DNA from: Dehalococcoidia bacterium
GTDB lineage: Bacteria > Chloroflexota > Dehalococcoidia > Dehalococcoidales > W498
Assembly (NCBI GenBank): GCA_011191875.1
Contig: DUFC01000033.1
Location: 11,793 to 75,792 of the forward strand
DNA length: 64,000 nt
Reading direction: 5' to 3'
Shown: in pieces, positions 18,031 to 27,783 of the stretch
How positions within the stretch are numbered: the first letter of the stretch is position 1
Layout: every line of letters begins with the position of its first letter
Notes under the pieces: generated by a model
Told to the model about the DNA's origin: nothing
The model's database searches: none
What the model saw: the letters and a program-made list of their open reading frames with translations, nothing else
Program-made: the position numbers and the translations under genes

Positions 18031-18975
18031 ATGAGAAGCAAACTGTGGAGATTGGGGACGCTTTATTTGGTTTTAGTTATGGTGGTGAGTCTTATTATGG
18101 CTTGCGCACCACCTGACGAAGATGAGGTACCATCTCCGATAGAAGTGACAGACCAACTGGGCAGGGTAGTTAAATTAGAGAAATTCCCGGAAAGAATTAT
18201 TTCTCTTGCCCCAGGCAATACTGAGATACTGTTTGCGTTAGGGTTGGGTGATAAAGTAGTAGGGGTGACTGACTTTTGTAATTACCCAACAGAGGCTCAA
18301 GAGAAGCTTAAAATAGGTGGTTTTAGTACGCCGAATATAGAAGAAGTGGTTGCCCTTTCTCCAGAACTGATATTAGCTACCGAACGACATGAAGCGAGCA
18401 TCATTCCAGCGCTTGAGGGAAAGGGACTGGCTGTTTTCGCTTTAGACCCCAAAACCCTTGATGAGATATTGGAAGCTGTCACCCTGGTTGGAGATATTAC
18501 TGGCAACGAAGAGGTGGCTTCCCAGTTGGTGACCGAGATGAGTAACCGAATTAAGGCGGTAACTGACAAGACAGACAATCTGCCCGAGGCTCAAAGACTA
18601 AGAGTTTTGTATATCTGCTGGCATGACCCCTTGAAGACAGCTGGGGGAGATACCCATCATGAGGAACTAATTGTAAAGGCAGGCGGAATAAATATTGCTC
18701 ACGACCTAACTGGTTTTCCGATGATTAATTTAGAGACAGTCATTGACGCTAATCCCCAGGTGATAATTACCGGTGCTGGTATGGGCACAGGTGAAAACAA
18801 GCCTCTTCAGCTTGCCCTGACCGAGCCGAGACTAGCGGATGTTGATGCCCGCATTAATAACCGGATATATGCGATATCTACTGACTTGTCTGGTCGTGCT
18901 GGACCTAGAATAGTTGATGGGCTGGAGAAGTTTGCTGAATCCATACACCCGGAACTATTCGTTTCAGTTGAATAG
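18031..18975 (+). CDS. ABC transporter periplasmic substrate-binding protein, cobalamin/siderophore (BtuF-like) family
   Basis: Signal/lipoprotein N-terminus (IMAC), PF01497-like sequence (RIISLAPGNTEILFALGL). Directly downstream of the B12 riboswitch. Confidence 0.85.
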   Translation: MRSKLWRLGTLYLVLVMVVSLIMACAPPDEDEVPSPIEVTDQLGRVVKLEKFPERIISLAPGNTEILFALGLGDKVVGVTDFCNYPTEAQEKLKIGGFSTPNIEEVVALSPELILATERHEASIIPALEGKGLAVFALDPKTLDEILEAVTLVGDITGNEEVASQLVTEMSNRIKAVTDKTDNLPEAQRLRVLYICWHDPLKTAGGDTHHEELIVKAGGINIAHDLTGFPMINLETVIDANPQVIITGAGMGTGENKPLQLALTEPRLADVDARINNRIYAISTDLSGRAGPRIVDGLEKFAESIHPELFVSVE

Positions 18976-19074
18976 ACAAACTTGATAGATAACACGGGTG
19001 CGCTATACTGCCACTGTATCTAGCAGGATGGTAATTGTAAAAATTAGAAATTTCCTGCTTGAGGGACTAAGGAG

Positions 19075-19173
19075 ATGGGGGAAGTGGCGGGTGTAGCTGG
19101 AAGACATTTTGCCAATGTCTCTTGCTTAAAGGGGAATGAAGACCTGAAATATGAGGTGTTAAGGAATTTCTGA
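19075..19173 (+). pseudogene. relic of the C-terminus of a radical SAM paralog
   Basis: The 32-codon ORF ...RHFANVSCLKGNEDLKYEVLRNF* aligns with the end of the 16913-17653 protein (...KRHLLNVSYLAGSAEVKFEVLRVF*). Both end in the same TGATTATG junction. Confidence 0.6.
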
Positions 19174-19175
19174 TT

Positions 19176-20267
19176 ATGGCTCTGGAACAACTTAAACCAT
19201 CTTCTACGGGGCAAGCTATACCAATCCATCTGCCTCACTGGCGTAGTCGTATATATGGTATTTTAGGACTTCTCATCTTGCTTACGGTGGTAGTGGGATT
19301 TGCCACCACTTTTGGTAGCGTTCAAATTCCTTTCTCAACCATATTCGGCACACTACTTTCGAAATTGCCCTTGGTTGACATAACTCCTGTCTGGCCGAGC
19401 ACTACAGAGACCATAATTCTGGACATACGCTTGCCAAGGGTGATTCTGGCAGGTCTTGTCGGGGCTGCCCTGGCTGTAGCGGGGGCTACGTATCAGGGGT
19501 TGTTTCGCAACCCATTAGCTGACCCTTACCTTATCGGCGTGGCTCAAGGAGCATCGCTAGGAGCAGTCATTGGCTTCTTACTCCCATTTAACTGGCAGGG
19601 AATGGGGTTTGGGCTTATTCCTCTACTCGCCTTCGTCGGAGCACTGTTGAGCGTAGCCATTGTTTATAATCTGGCTCGAGTAGGCAAAGCCCTGCCTGTG
19701 ACTACCCTTATCCTGGCCGGTGTGGCTTTGGGAGCCCTTTTAGGGTCAATTGTTTCTTACCTGATAATCACCAGTGGAGAAAAGATGCACGGAATTCTAT
19801 TTTGGCTTATGGGTAGTTTCTCCTTAAGCGAGTGGACGGAGGTAAAGGTTGTTCTTCCCTATATAGTGGTGGGGGTAGTCATCATTCTGCTTTACTCTCG
19901 CTCGCTTAATATAATGCAGCTTACCGAGGAGCAGGCTCAACAGCTAGGAATCAATGTAGAAAAGGTCAAGCTTATTCTTCTTGCTGCTGCTACCCTGATT
20001 ACTGCTGCCGCTGTTTCTTTCGTAGGCACTATCGGATTTGTTGGCATCATTATACCTCATGCCGTGCGCCTGGTTTGGGGAGCGGATTACCGTTTCCTAT
20101 TACCCTTGTCCATTCTCACCGGTGCCGTCTTTCTAATTCTCGCCGACCTTGTAGCTCGTACCGCTTTAGCGCCTACGGAGATACCGATAGGGGTAATAAC
20201 TGCCATCTGTGGAGCGCCCTTCTTCCTTTACTTATTGCGGCGCAAGAGAAAAGCAGTATTCTTTTAA
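19176..20267 (+). CDS. FecCD-family ABC permease (BtuC-like)
   Basis: Typical FecCD/BtuC sequence (LRLPRVILAGLVGAALAVAG, PIGVITAICGAPFFLYLL). Confidence 0.9.
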   Translation: MALEQLKPSSTGQAIPIHLPHWRSRIYGILGLLILLTVVVGFATTFGSVQIPFSTIFGTLLSKLPLVDITPVWPSTTETIILDIRLPRVILAGLVGAALAVAGATYQGLFRNPLADPYLIGVAQGASLGAVIGFLLPFNWQGMGFGLIPLLAFVGALLSVAIVYNLARVGKALPVTTLILAGVALGALLGSIVSYLIITSGEKMHGILFWLMGSFSLSEWTEVKVVLPYIVVGVVIILLYSRSLNIMQLTEEQAQQLGINVEKVKLILLAAATLITAAAVSFVGTIGFVGIIIPHAVRLVWGADYRFLLPLSILTGAVFLILADLVARTALAPTEIPIGVITAICGAPFFLYLLRRKRKAVFF

Positions 20268-20279
20268 GGATAGCCTAAA

Positions 20280-21107
20280 ATGATTAAACTAGAACTACAA
20301 AGTGTCGGAGTTGCCTACGGTCATAATCTGGTGGTGAAGGATGTGACCTTTCAGGTGATGCCTGGGGAGATGGTGGGACTTATTGGGCCGAACGGTTCTG
20401 GTAAGTCAACCATTATTAAGGCAATAAGCCGCGTTATATCACTCCACTCGGGGAAGATACTCTTAGATGGGAAAGATGTATTCAAGATGCCAAGGGGAGA
20501 TTTGGCTCGCTCGCTCGGCGTAGTTCCTCAGATGTCAATACTTCCCAGCGCCTTTACCGCCTTTGAGATAGTGCTCATGGGGAGGAATCCCCACCTTGGA
20601 CTTCTTCAGTATGAAAGTAAGAAAGACATGGCTATAACTTGGCAAGCTATGGAGAGGACAGCAACCCAGCCACTCGCTGAACGAATAGTGTGCGAGCTTT
20701 CAGGTGGGGAGATACAGCGTGTAGTCGTTGCTCGTGTCCTGGCTCAAGAGCCGAAGTCAATCCTTTTAGATGAGCCGACGGCGAATTTGGATATCAGGCA
20801 TCAGATTGAAATCCTTGACCTGATTAAGAGTCTGTGCCTGGAAAAGAATTTAATGGTTGTGATTGCTCTTCATGACCTAAACCTTGCCTCACAATATTGT
20901 GACCGGTTAATCCTGATAAATAACGGGACGGTTCATGCTCAGGGGACTCCAGAGGAGGTCATCAATTCTCAGAACATCAAGGAGGTCTATGGAGCTGATG
21001 GCTGCGTCTATGCCCATCCGGTTAATGGACTCCCTGCCGTCATACTCAAGGCAGGTAATAGCCGACATGCCAATTCCAGAGATACGATAGAAGGGGGTAT
21101 AATTTAA
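20280..21107 (+). CDS. ABC transporter ATP-binding protein (BtuD/FepC-like)
   Basis: Walker A GPNGSGKST, signature LSGGE, Walker B ILLDEP. Confidence 0.9.
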   Translation: MIKLELQSVGVAYGHNLVVKDVTFQVMPGEMVGLIGPNGSGKSTIIKAISRVISLHSGKILLDGKDVFKMPRGDLARSLGVVPQMSILPSAFTAFEIVLMGRNPHLGLLQYESKKDMAITWQAMERTATQPLAERIVCELSGGEIQRVVVARVLAQEPKSILLDEPTANLDIRHQIEILDLIKSLCLEKNLMVVIALHDLNLASQYCDRLILINNGTVHAQGTPEEVINSQNIKEVYGADGCVYAHPVNGLPAVILKAGNSRHANSRDTIEGGII

Positions 21108-21234
21108 CAGTTGTGGAGATTCCACTTCTATTGTCTCTAGCTCTAGTTATTAGTTTGGTTTGGGATGAACTGCCTGGCGATATTCACCCCAAACTCTTCT
21201 TATAGCCAGCTGGAATGCACAAAGGAGAACAATT

Positions 21235-21960
21235 ATGAAACATGCCGTTGTCAAGGAAGGAGAGCTCTTAGTATCTCTTGGTGGGGGCTATTTCGGGGTT
21301 AAAGCGGCAAGGCTTGGCAAGGAATGTAAAGCCAGGACAATGATACTAGATACAAATCCAGATTGCGCAGCTCGGGAAATAGTTGATGTTGTATTGACTG
21401 GGCAAGAAGCTATAGAAGCGGGACTAGTATCGCTCATCATTGGTGATGCAATGGAAATCTTGTTCAGCATCTTGGAAAGAGAGGTACCACAGTGGATTAT
21501 CCCTGCTGTCCCGGGGCATGCACTGGGTAAGGTAGTTAAAAGTTGGTTAACGATGAAGGGGCATAAAGTAGCTAGTGGCGGAGGTTTGATGAGAGAGGTC
21601 TTAGCCGATTTACCTAATAGATTGGTTCTGAGCGCCGATGAGGAGTCCGGTATTGTCATGTCGAGTTATATGCCCGAGGGGATGAGGTGCCAGGATAACT
21701 GTTCTCAGCTTGGAATATGCCCGGTGACCAAGCGAAAGAAGCCGGCTGCTATGTATGAACTTCTTGAATTTTCAGTCTTCGAGGCAGTTGATTACTTTAA
21801 GATTTTTGCAAGTCGTCAATTTGAAGGAGTGGGAGGAGTACCGGGTCCAGTGGTGAAAAAGACATTAGAGCATCTGGCGAGTCTCACACCACCCTATTCG
21901 TTAGCTATCGGCACTTCGTGTCGGTGCCATGGTATATTGAGTCTCTTTAAAGTGGAGTAG
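21235..21960 (+). CDS. hypothetical protein, Rossmann-like N-terminus plus Cys cluster
   Basis: 241 aa with a GGGYFG glycine loop, CQDNCSQLGIC (CX3CX5C) and a C-terminal CRCHG. SD AAGGAG. Sits between btuD-like and cbiZ. Confidence 0.6.
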   Translation: MKHAVVKEGELLVSLGGGYFGVKAARLGKECKARTMILDTNPDCAAREIVDVVLTGQEAIEAGLVSLIIGDAMEILFSILEREVPQWIIPAVPGHALGKVVKSWLTMKGHKVASGGGLMREVLADLPNRLVLSADEESGIVMSSYMPEGMRCQDNCSQLGICPVTKRKKPAAMYELLEFSVFEAVDYFKIFASRQFEGVGGVPGPVVKKTLEHLASLTPPYSLAIGTSCRCHGILSLFKVE

Positions 21961-21970
21961 GAGCTTATCT

Positions 21971-22738
21971 ATGAAAATGACCAAGGGTGTAACAAGACAA
22001 CTGCTGGGAGAATTCCATGGGATTAGGGGAGAAATCGTTAGTCATCAGGTTTGGGGAATCCCAGCCAATGCTCTGGCTTTGTATCTACCGGAAGCCCGGA
22101 ACGCCTTAAGCGGGCGACAGGGGTTCAAAGAGATAGAGGCGGTTTGTAACTGTCATCTCCCCAAGCCTCTTTGTCAGTCACTGCACGAACGATATCGTGA
22201 CTGGGAAACATATTTTGGAGAACTCCTGACAGAAGTTCTTATTGAACTTAACCTATCCCCGGATAGGGTGGCCGTTTTATCCACTGGGGTAAATATGGAG
22301 CATCTAGCCTGGGCGGAGGAGGTTTATAAAGAGCTTTGGGCGCTGGCTTTCGTTACTGCTGGGATTAAAACAAACGCTATGAGGATAGGGAAAGACAGGG
22401 CAAGTACCATTGAGCGGAATGGACAATTTGAAGAGGCAGGAACCATAAACATAATCGTACTTACCAATGCCTCATTTGACCAAGCTGCCTTAGCCTCTTC
22501 ATTCATCACTATAACTGAAGCTAAAATTATTGCCTTGCAGGAGTTGAATGTAAGAAGCTCTTATAATCCCGACTGGCAGGCAACAGGCACCGGTACTGAC
22601 CAGATTATAGTGGTGTCAGGGAGGGATACCAAACAGACCTATGTTGGTGGACATACTAAAATAGGTGAACTAACGGCACGTGCAGTTACCCGAGCCACCA
22701 TTGATGCCATCAATAAGAGGCTCAACGTTTCTGATTAA
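21971..22738 (+). CDS. cbiZ: adenosylcobinamide amidohydrolase
   Basis: CbiZ-like sequence (GTINIIVLTN...ITITEAKIIALQE...ATGTGTDQIIV). Located in the cobamide operon. Confidence 0.8.
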   Translation: MKMTKGVTRQLLGEFHGIRGEIVSHQVWGIPANALALYLPEARNALSGRQGFKEIEAVCNCHLPKPLCQSLHERYRDWETYFGELLTEVLIELNLSPDRVAVLSTGVNMEHLAWAEEVYKELWALAFVTAGIKTNAMRIGKDRASTIERNGQFEEAGTINIIVLTNASFDQAALASSFITITEAKIIALQELNVRSSYNPDWQATGTGTDQIIVVSGRDTKQTYVGGHTKIGELTARAVTRATIDAINKRLNVSD

Positions 22739-22806
22739 GATTATTAAAGATGGATTTCTAAACGATAGGTAGTTAATATTGTATATAGTTTGGAGTTTAA
22801 GAAGGC

Positions 22807-23775
22807 GTGGATATATTATTAATACTGTTCCTGGCACTGGCTATTGATTTAGCTTTGGGTGAACCACCTCCTATCATACACCCCGTGGTATGGATGGGAA
22901 AGGTCATTTCATTCCTGGAAAGGGTTAATATTGGTCGTTCCCCATTCGTTCAGTTTCTCTATGGGTTCGTGATAACCGTGGCCATTATGGGGTTGTTTAC
23001 CGCCCCTGTTTATTTCATGCTCTTTTATCTAAAGAGCCTTAGCCTTAGCTTTGACTGGGCGTATGTAATTGCAGGAGCTGTGCTCCTCAAATGCACCTTT
23101 TCCCTGAGAGAACTGCGGCAGGTAGCCATCAGGGTCAAGAGACTTCTCCTGAAGGAGAAACTGGATGATGCCCGCTTTGAGCTGTGCTTATTGGTCAGTC
23201 GTGATACCCAGAATTTACCCAAGCCACTGTTAGTATCGGCTACCGTAGAATCAGTGGCAGAGAGCACCTGCGATAGCTTTATTGCACCCATCTTCTATTT
23301 TCTGCTCCCTTTGCTCTTTGGTGTTCCAGGGTTCTTTGGCGTTATAGGAGCTGTTGCCTATCGGGTAGTCAATACCCTAGATGCTATGGTAGGCTATCAT
23401 GGGAAATATGAGTATTTGGGGAAGTTTGCCAGCAAGTTGGATGATGTGCTTAACTTTATACCAGCTAGACTAACGGCGCTACTCTTGGCTTTAGCTACTT
23501 TTTTATCGAGAAAGGGTACTCGAACCTCGTGGCAGGTTGTACTCGGTGAGCATTCTAAAACTGAGAGCCCCAACGCTGGTTGGCCTATAGCGGCCATGGC
23601 AGGTGGGCTCGATGTACAGTTAGAGAAGGTGGGGTATTATAAATTAGGTAAGGCAAACGCCCAGCTAGTGCCAGAAACCATTGATGCTGCGTTGAAGCTG
23701 GTGCAGGTAGCGGTGTTGTCCTGGGTCTTGATATGTTTCATAGCGGGGGTAATTCGCTTTGCCGTTACGACCTAA
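22807..23775 (+). CDS. cbiB: adenosylcobinamide-phosphate synthase (CobD/CbiB family)
   Basis: Membrane protein with HPVVWMG and SPNAGWP motifs typical of CbiB. GTG start. Confidence 0.9.
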   Translation: MDILLILFLALAIDLALGEPPPIIHPVVWMGKVISFLERVNIGRSPFVQFLYGFVITVAIMGLFTAPVYFMLFYLKSLSLSFDWAYVIAGAVLLKCTFSLRELRQVAIRVKRLLLKEKLDDARFELCLLVSRDTQNLPKPLLVSATVESVAESTCDSFIAPIFYFLLPLLFGVPGFFGVIGAVAYRVVNTLDAMVGYHGKYEYLGKFASKLDDVLNFIPARLTALLLALATFLSRKGTRTSWQVVLGEHSKTESPNAGWPIAAMAGGLDVQLEKVGYYKLGKANAQLVPETIDAALKLVQVAVLSWVLICFIAGVIRFAVTT

Positions 23776-24868
23776 ACCTGAGATAGAAAAGCTGGAAGCC
23801 TGTCCTCATGGTGGACCAAACTGGGCTGAGTTATCGGCTATGGGTCTTATTCCTGAGGAAGTTATTGACTTTAGTGTCAGCACCAACCCATTTATGCCCC
23901 CGCCGGCAGTAAAGGAAATCTTTAATACTATCGACATTGACCACTACCCTGATTCAGAGGCAACCGAACTTAGGCAGTGTCTTTCGGAAAAACTGGGGGT
24001 GGCATCGGGTAACATTCTGGCGGGAAGTGGTGCCATGGAGCTTATTCGCCTTATCGCTTTGACTTACTTCGGGCACGGAGATTCCGTCCTGATTCTGGAG
24101 CCAACCTTTGGTGAATACAAAGTCGCTTGCCGAATAATGGGTTCGGAGGTTTTTGAGCAATGGGGGAAGGCAGAGGAGAACTTTGCCCCGAGAATAGAAG
24201 AGACAGTCGGCCTTATCAGGCAACGCCGCCCTAAGGGGGTTTTTATCTGCAATCCTGGCAATCCTACTGGGCAATACCTCTCCAGAAAGGAGGTTGAGGC
24301 AATATTAGATGCCTGTGTTGATTGCCTGCTCGTTCTGGATGAGGCATACATTGCCTTCACTGAGGGAAGCTGGTCTTCTACTGACCTAGTTTCCCGGAAC
24401 AATGTGATTATTATGCGTTCTATGACTAAGGACTATGCTTTAGCTGGACTGCGTTTAGGCTATGCTATCGCCAATGAGGAGATTATCCAGAATCTAAGTA
24501 AGGTCTGTCCTCCGTGGAATGTCAATGTAGTGGCTCAAAAGGCAGGGGTTATCGCGCTAAAGGATACAGAATATCTCAAGCGGTGTGAGACAAAGATTAG
24601 ACAGGTAAAATATTTTATGATAGATGAGCTTGGCCGAAGCGGCTTCAAATTAGTGCCATCAAAGACGAATTTTTTCTTGGTAAAGGTGGGCGATGGTAAA
24701 AGCTTCCGAAATGCTTTGTTACGGTATGGCATCATGGTTCGCGACTGTGCTTCCTTTGGATTGACGGAGTATGTCCGTATTGCGCCCCGCACCATGCCGG
24801 AGTGCCAAAAGCTCATCACTACCATCAAGGCGCTAAAGCGTGAGGGGGAACTAAATGTCAGTATCTAA
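23759..24868 (+). CDS. cobD: threonine-phosphate decarboxylase (class II aminotransferase fold)
   Basis: HGG...DFSVSTNP N-terminus and PLP-lysine region SMTKDYALAGLRLGY. Overlaps the cbiB stop; start approximate. Confidence 0.85.
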   Translation: MPLRPKPEIEKLEACPHGGPNWAELSAMGLIPEEVIDFSVSTNPFMPPPAVKEIFNTIDIDHYPDSEATELRQCLSEKLGVASGNILAGSGAMELIRLIALTYFGHGDSVLILEPTFGEYKVACRIMGSEVFEQWGKAEENFAPRIEETVGLIRQRRPKGVFICNPGNPTGQYLSRKEVEAILDACVDCLLVLDEAYIAFTEGSWSSTDLVSRNNVIIMRSMTKDYALAGLRLGYAIANEEIIQNLSKVCPPWNVNVVAQKAGVIALKDTEYLKRCETKIRQVKYFMIDELGRSGFKLVPSKTNFFLVKVGDGKSFRNALLRYGIMVRDCASFGLTEYVRIAPRTMPECQKLITTIKALKREGELNVSI

Positions 24869-25832
24869 TACTTTGGAGTCTGCTTTCAATTATACAACCG
24901 TTGTCCAAGCCCTTGAAGAAAGTGTGAGGCGTAATCTAACCGATGGGCTTCTCTTATCAGGTGGGCTGGACACAGCTATGCTTGCCTACCTAACTTCAAA
25001 GTGGGTCAAACCAGGCTGTATTACAGTAGCCCTGCGCGATGCCCCGGCACCGGATGTTGACTACGCCAAGCTAGTAGCCAGCCGTTTGGAACTGAAGCAT
25101 CATGTCCACTATTTTGGAAATGAGGAACTGGACGAGAATATTCAAGATGTAATTAGGATTCTGAAATCCTTCGACCCTATGGAAATTCGTAATAGTGTAG
25201 CTATCTATATTGCGCTGAAGGTAGGGAGAGACCAGGGTATATCGACTTTTATGACGGGGGACGGGTGCGACGAACTTTTCGGTGGTTATAGCTTCCTCTT
25301 CGGACTGACCGAAGAGCAACTGGACAAGGCACTGAATAAAATATGGAGCAATATGAGGTTTTCTTCAATACCCTTAGCTAAGGCTCTGGGGGTGGAAGTT
25401 AGACTTCCATACTTAGACCCACAGTTCAGAGCTTTCGCTACAGGGTTAGATACAGGTCTGAAGATTAGAAGTGAAAAGGGAGAGGTGTGGGGCAAGTGGA
25501 TTCTGCGCAAGGCTTTTGAGAATATTATGCCACAGGAAATAGTATGGAGGGTTAAAGCCCCAATAGAGGTAGGAAGCGGCACCACTATACTCCCGTCCCT
25601 TTTCGATTCAAGAATCTCAGACCTTGAATTCAACGAAAAGAAGATAAGATACCTCAATGAAGATAGAGTTGTCATTAGAAGTAAGGAGCATCTTTTCTAC
25701 TACGAGATTTACCGAAGTGTGATTGGCGTTCCTTATAGGGATGCCAGTAACGCCAAGAACTGCCCGGATTGTGGTTCAAATGTTGAAGAGGGAGCCTCGT
25801 TTTGTAAGACATGTGGTGCTTACCCTGTATAG
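24855..25832 (+). CDS. asparagine synthetase-like PP-loop ATP pyrophosphatase lacking the glutaminase domain, with C-terminal zinc ribbon
   Basis: SGGLDT PP-loop, MTGDGCDELFGGY, no N-terminal Ntn-glutaminase domain, C-terminal CPDCG...CKTCG. ATG overlaps the cobD 3' end behind GAGGGGG. Confidence 0.8.
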   Translation: MSVSNTLESAFNYTTVVQALEESVRRNLTDGLLLSGGLDTAMLAYLTSKWVKPGCITVALRDAPAPDVDYAKLVASRLELKHHVHYFGNEELDENIQDVIRILKSFDPMEIRNSVAIYIALKVGRDQGISTFMTGDGCDELFGGYSFLFGLTEEQLDKALNKIWSNMRFSSIPLAKALGVEVRLPYLDPQFRAFATGLDTGLKIRSEKGEVWGKWILRKAFENIMPQEIVWRVKAPIEVGSGTTILPSLFDSRISDLEFNEKKIRYLNEDRVVIRSKEHLFYYEIYRSVIGVPYRDASNAKNCPDCGSNVEEGASFCKTCGAYPV

Positions 25833-25938
25833 AGCCTCACCAGGGGGTTCTCGCTTTATGATAGGAGACAGTGATGAGGTTAGAGTAGGTCTTTCTGGAA
25901 GGGCTAAGGTTGACAAATAACTGATACAGGAGGTAGAA

Positions 25939-27000
25939 GTGACGGAAGTCTTATCCAATATAATTGAAATGATAAAGCCTCTAGATGAAGGGGCAATGGC
26001 TCAAGCTCGAGCACGGCAGGACATGTTGACCAAGCCACAGGGTGCCCTGGGTAGGCTGGAGGAACTGTCCATTCAACTGGCTGGCATTCAGGGTAAGCCC
26101 ATACCTCAAATCAACCACAAAGCTATTATCACTATGGCTGGCGACCACGGGGTGGTAGCGGAAAAGGTAGGTAACTGGCCTCAGGAGGTTACCACTCAGA
26201 TGGTTTATAATTTCCTCGGTGGTGGGGCAGGAATAAATGTGATTGCTCGCCAGGCAGGAATTAGAATTATTGTGGTTGATATGGGGGTGGCATCTGAGAT
26301 AGAAACTAACCCTCAGCTTTTATCCAGGAAGGTTGCTCCTGGTACCCAAAATATGTGTTTAGGTCCAGCTATGACCGATGAGCAGGCGATGAGGGCAGTA
26401 GAGACAGGGATTGAAATAGTGAGGGATGAGGTGGCTAAGGGTCTGGATATAGTGGGCACTGGTGATATGGGCATCGGTAATACTAGTGCCAGTAGCGCTA
26501 TCTGTGCCGTTATCACTGGAAGACCGGTAGCTGAAGTAACAGGTAGAGGTACTGGTATAACTGATGAGCAGTTGGCGCATAAAGTGGAAGTAATAACTAA
26601 AGTCCTGACAGTGAACCACCCTGACCCGGCTCAGCCTTTGGATGTACTGGCAAAGGTGGGTGGCTTTGAGATTGGTGGGCTGGTTGGGGTGATGTTAGCA
26701 GCCGCCGCTCACCGCATTCCGGTAGTTGTTGATGGTTTTATCTCTGGGGCGGCAGCTCTCATTGCCACGGCATTGGCACCGGGGTTGAAGGACTTCATTA
26801 TATCGGCTCATGTTTCGGCTGAGGCTGGTCACAAATCATTACTCAACTATCTGGGGCTTACACCCTTACTGGATTTGGGCATGCGTCTGGGTGAGGGCAC
26901 CGGTGCTGCCTTGGCAATATTTTTAGCTGAGACTTCAGCCAGGATTTTGGCTGAGATGGCTACCTTTGCCGAGGCTGAGGTGTCAGAAAAGGAAGAGTAA
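25939..27000 (+). CDS. cobT: nicotinate-nucleotide--dimethylbenzimidazole phosphoribosyltransferase
   Basis: Typical CobT sequence (MAGDHGV, GDMGIGNTS, LGEGTGA). GTG start behind AGGAGG. Confidence 0.95.
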   Translation: MTEVLSNIIEMIKPLDEGAMAQARARQDMLTKPQGALGRLEELSIQLAGIQGKPIPQINHKAIITMAGDHGVVAEKVGNWPQEVTTQMVYNFLGGGAGINVIARQAGIRIIVVDMGVASEIETNPQLLSRKVAPGTQNMCLGPAMTDEQAMRAVETGIEIVRDEVAKGLDIVGTGDMGIGNTSASSAICAVITGRPVAEVTGRGTGITDEQLAHKVEVITKVLTVNHPDPAQPLDVLAKVGGFEIGGLVGVMLAAAAHRIPVVVDGFISGAAALIATALAPGLKDFIISAHVSAEAGHKSLLNYLGLTPLLDLGMRLGEGTGAALAIFLAETSARILAEMATFAEAEVSEKEE

Positions 27001-27005
27001 TAAAA

Positions 27006-27770
27006 TTGGCGTTACTGGTAGCGATAAGGTTTCTAACCACTATTCGATTACCCTGGAGGCGTGAAGCTAGCCATGAGGAATTTGTACGTTCCGTGGGTTA
27101 TTACCCTGTGGTCGGTTTCCTTATTGGTCTAATTCTATATGGGCTCTGGTGGCTTCTTAGTCCTTTTTTACCTCCGTCTATTGTTAATATATTATTGATT
27201 ATTGCCTTAGTGGTGATTAGTGGCGCATTGCACCTTGACGGCTTTGTTGATACCTGTGATGGGATAGGTGGGCACAAGACTCCTGAAGAAAGATGGCGAG
27301 TATTGCATGACAGTCGGGTCGGTGGTTTTGGTGTTATTGGTGCTTGTTGCCTACTGCTGGTTAAATTTATCACACTGAATAGTGTGCCTGAGCCTTTACT
27401 GATGATGACCCTGATATTAATGCCAGTGGTAAGTCGTTGGGCAATGGTCTATGCTATTTTTATCTATCCCTATGCCCAGCCATCAGGTTTAGGGAAGGAG
27501 CGTAAGCAGGCTACTGATTTACCAAGGTTCATCGAGGCAACAATAATAGCTTTGGCGGTAGCTGTAGTCTTAGCTTGGCCAGCTTGGCTAGCAGGCTTGG
27601 CGATAATGGCAGGCATCTGGGTTGTAGTGATGGTGATGGGAGCCTATTTTAAGGGTAAGTTTGCTGGTCTTACTGGTGATACCTATGGGGCTATAAATGA
27701 GGTAGCTGAGGTTTGTGTGCTCATCCTTATTTGTTTGCTGGCTCACAACCAGTGGTTGGGATTGACCTAG
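27006..27770 (+). CDS. cobS: adenosylcobinamide-GDP ribazoletransferase (cobalamin synthase)
   Basis: Polytopic membrane protein with HLDGFVDTCDG motif. TTG start. Confidence 0.9.
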   Translation: MALLVAIRFLTTIRLPWRREASHEEFVRSVGYYPVVGFLIGLILYGLWWLLSPFLPPSIVNILLIIALVVISGALHLDGFVDTCDGIGGHKTPEERWRVLHDSRVGGFGVIGACCLLLVKFITLNSVPEPLLMMTLILMPVVSRWAMVYAIFIYPYAQPSGLGKERKQATDLPRFIEATIIALAVAVVLAWPAWLAGLAIMAGIWVVVMVMGAYFKGKFAGLTGDTYGAINEVAEVCVLILICLLAHNQWLGLT

Positions 27771-27783
27771 TTCGGAGATATAA

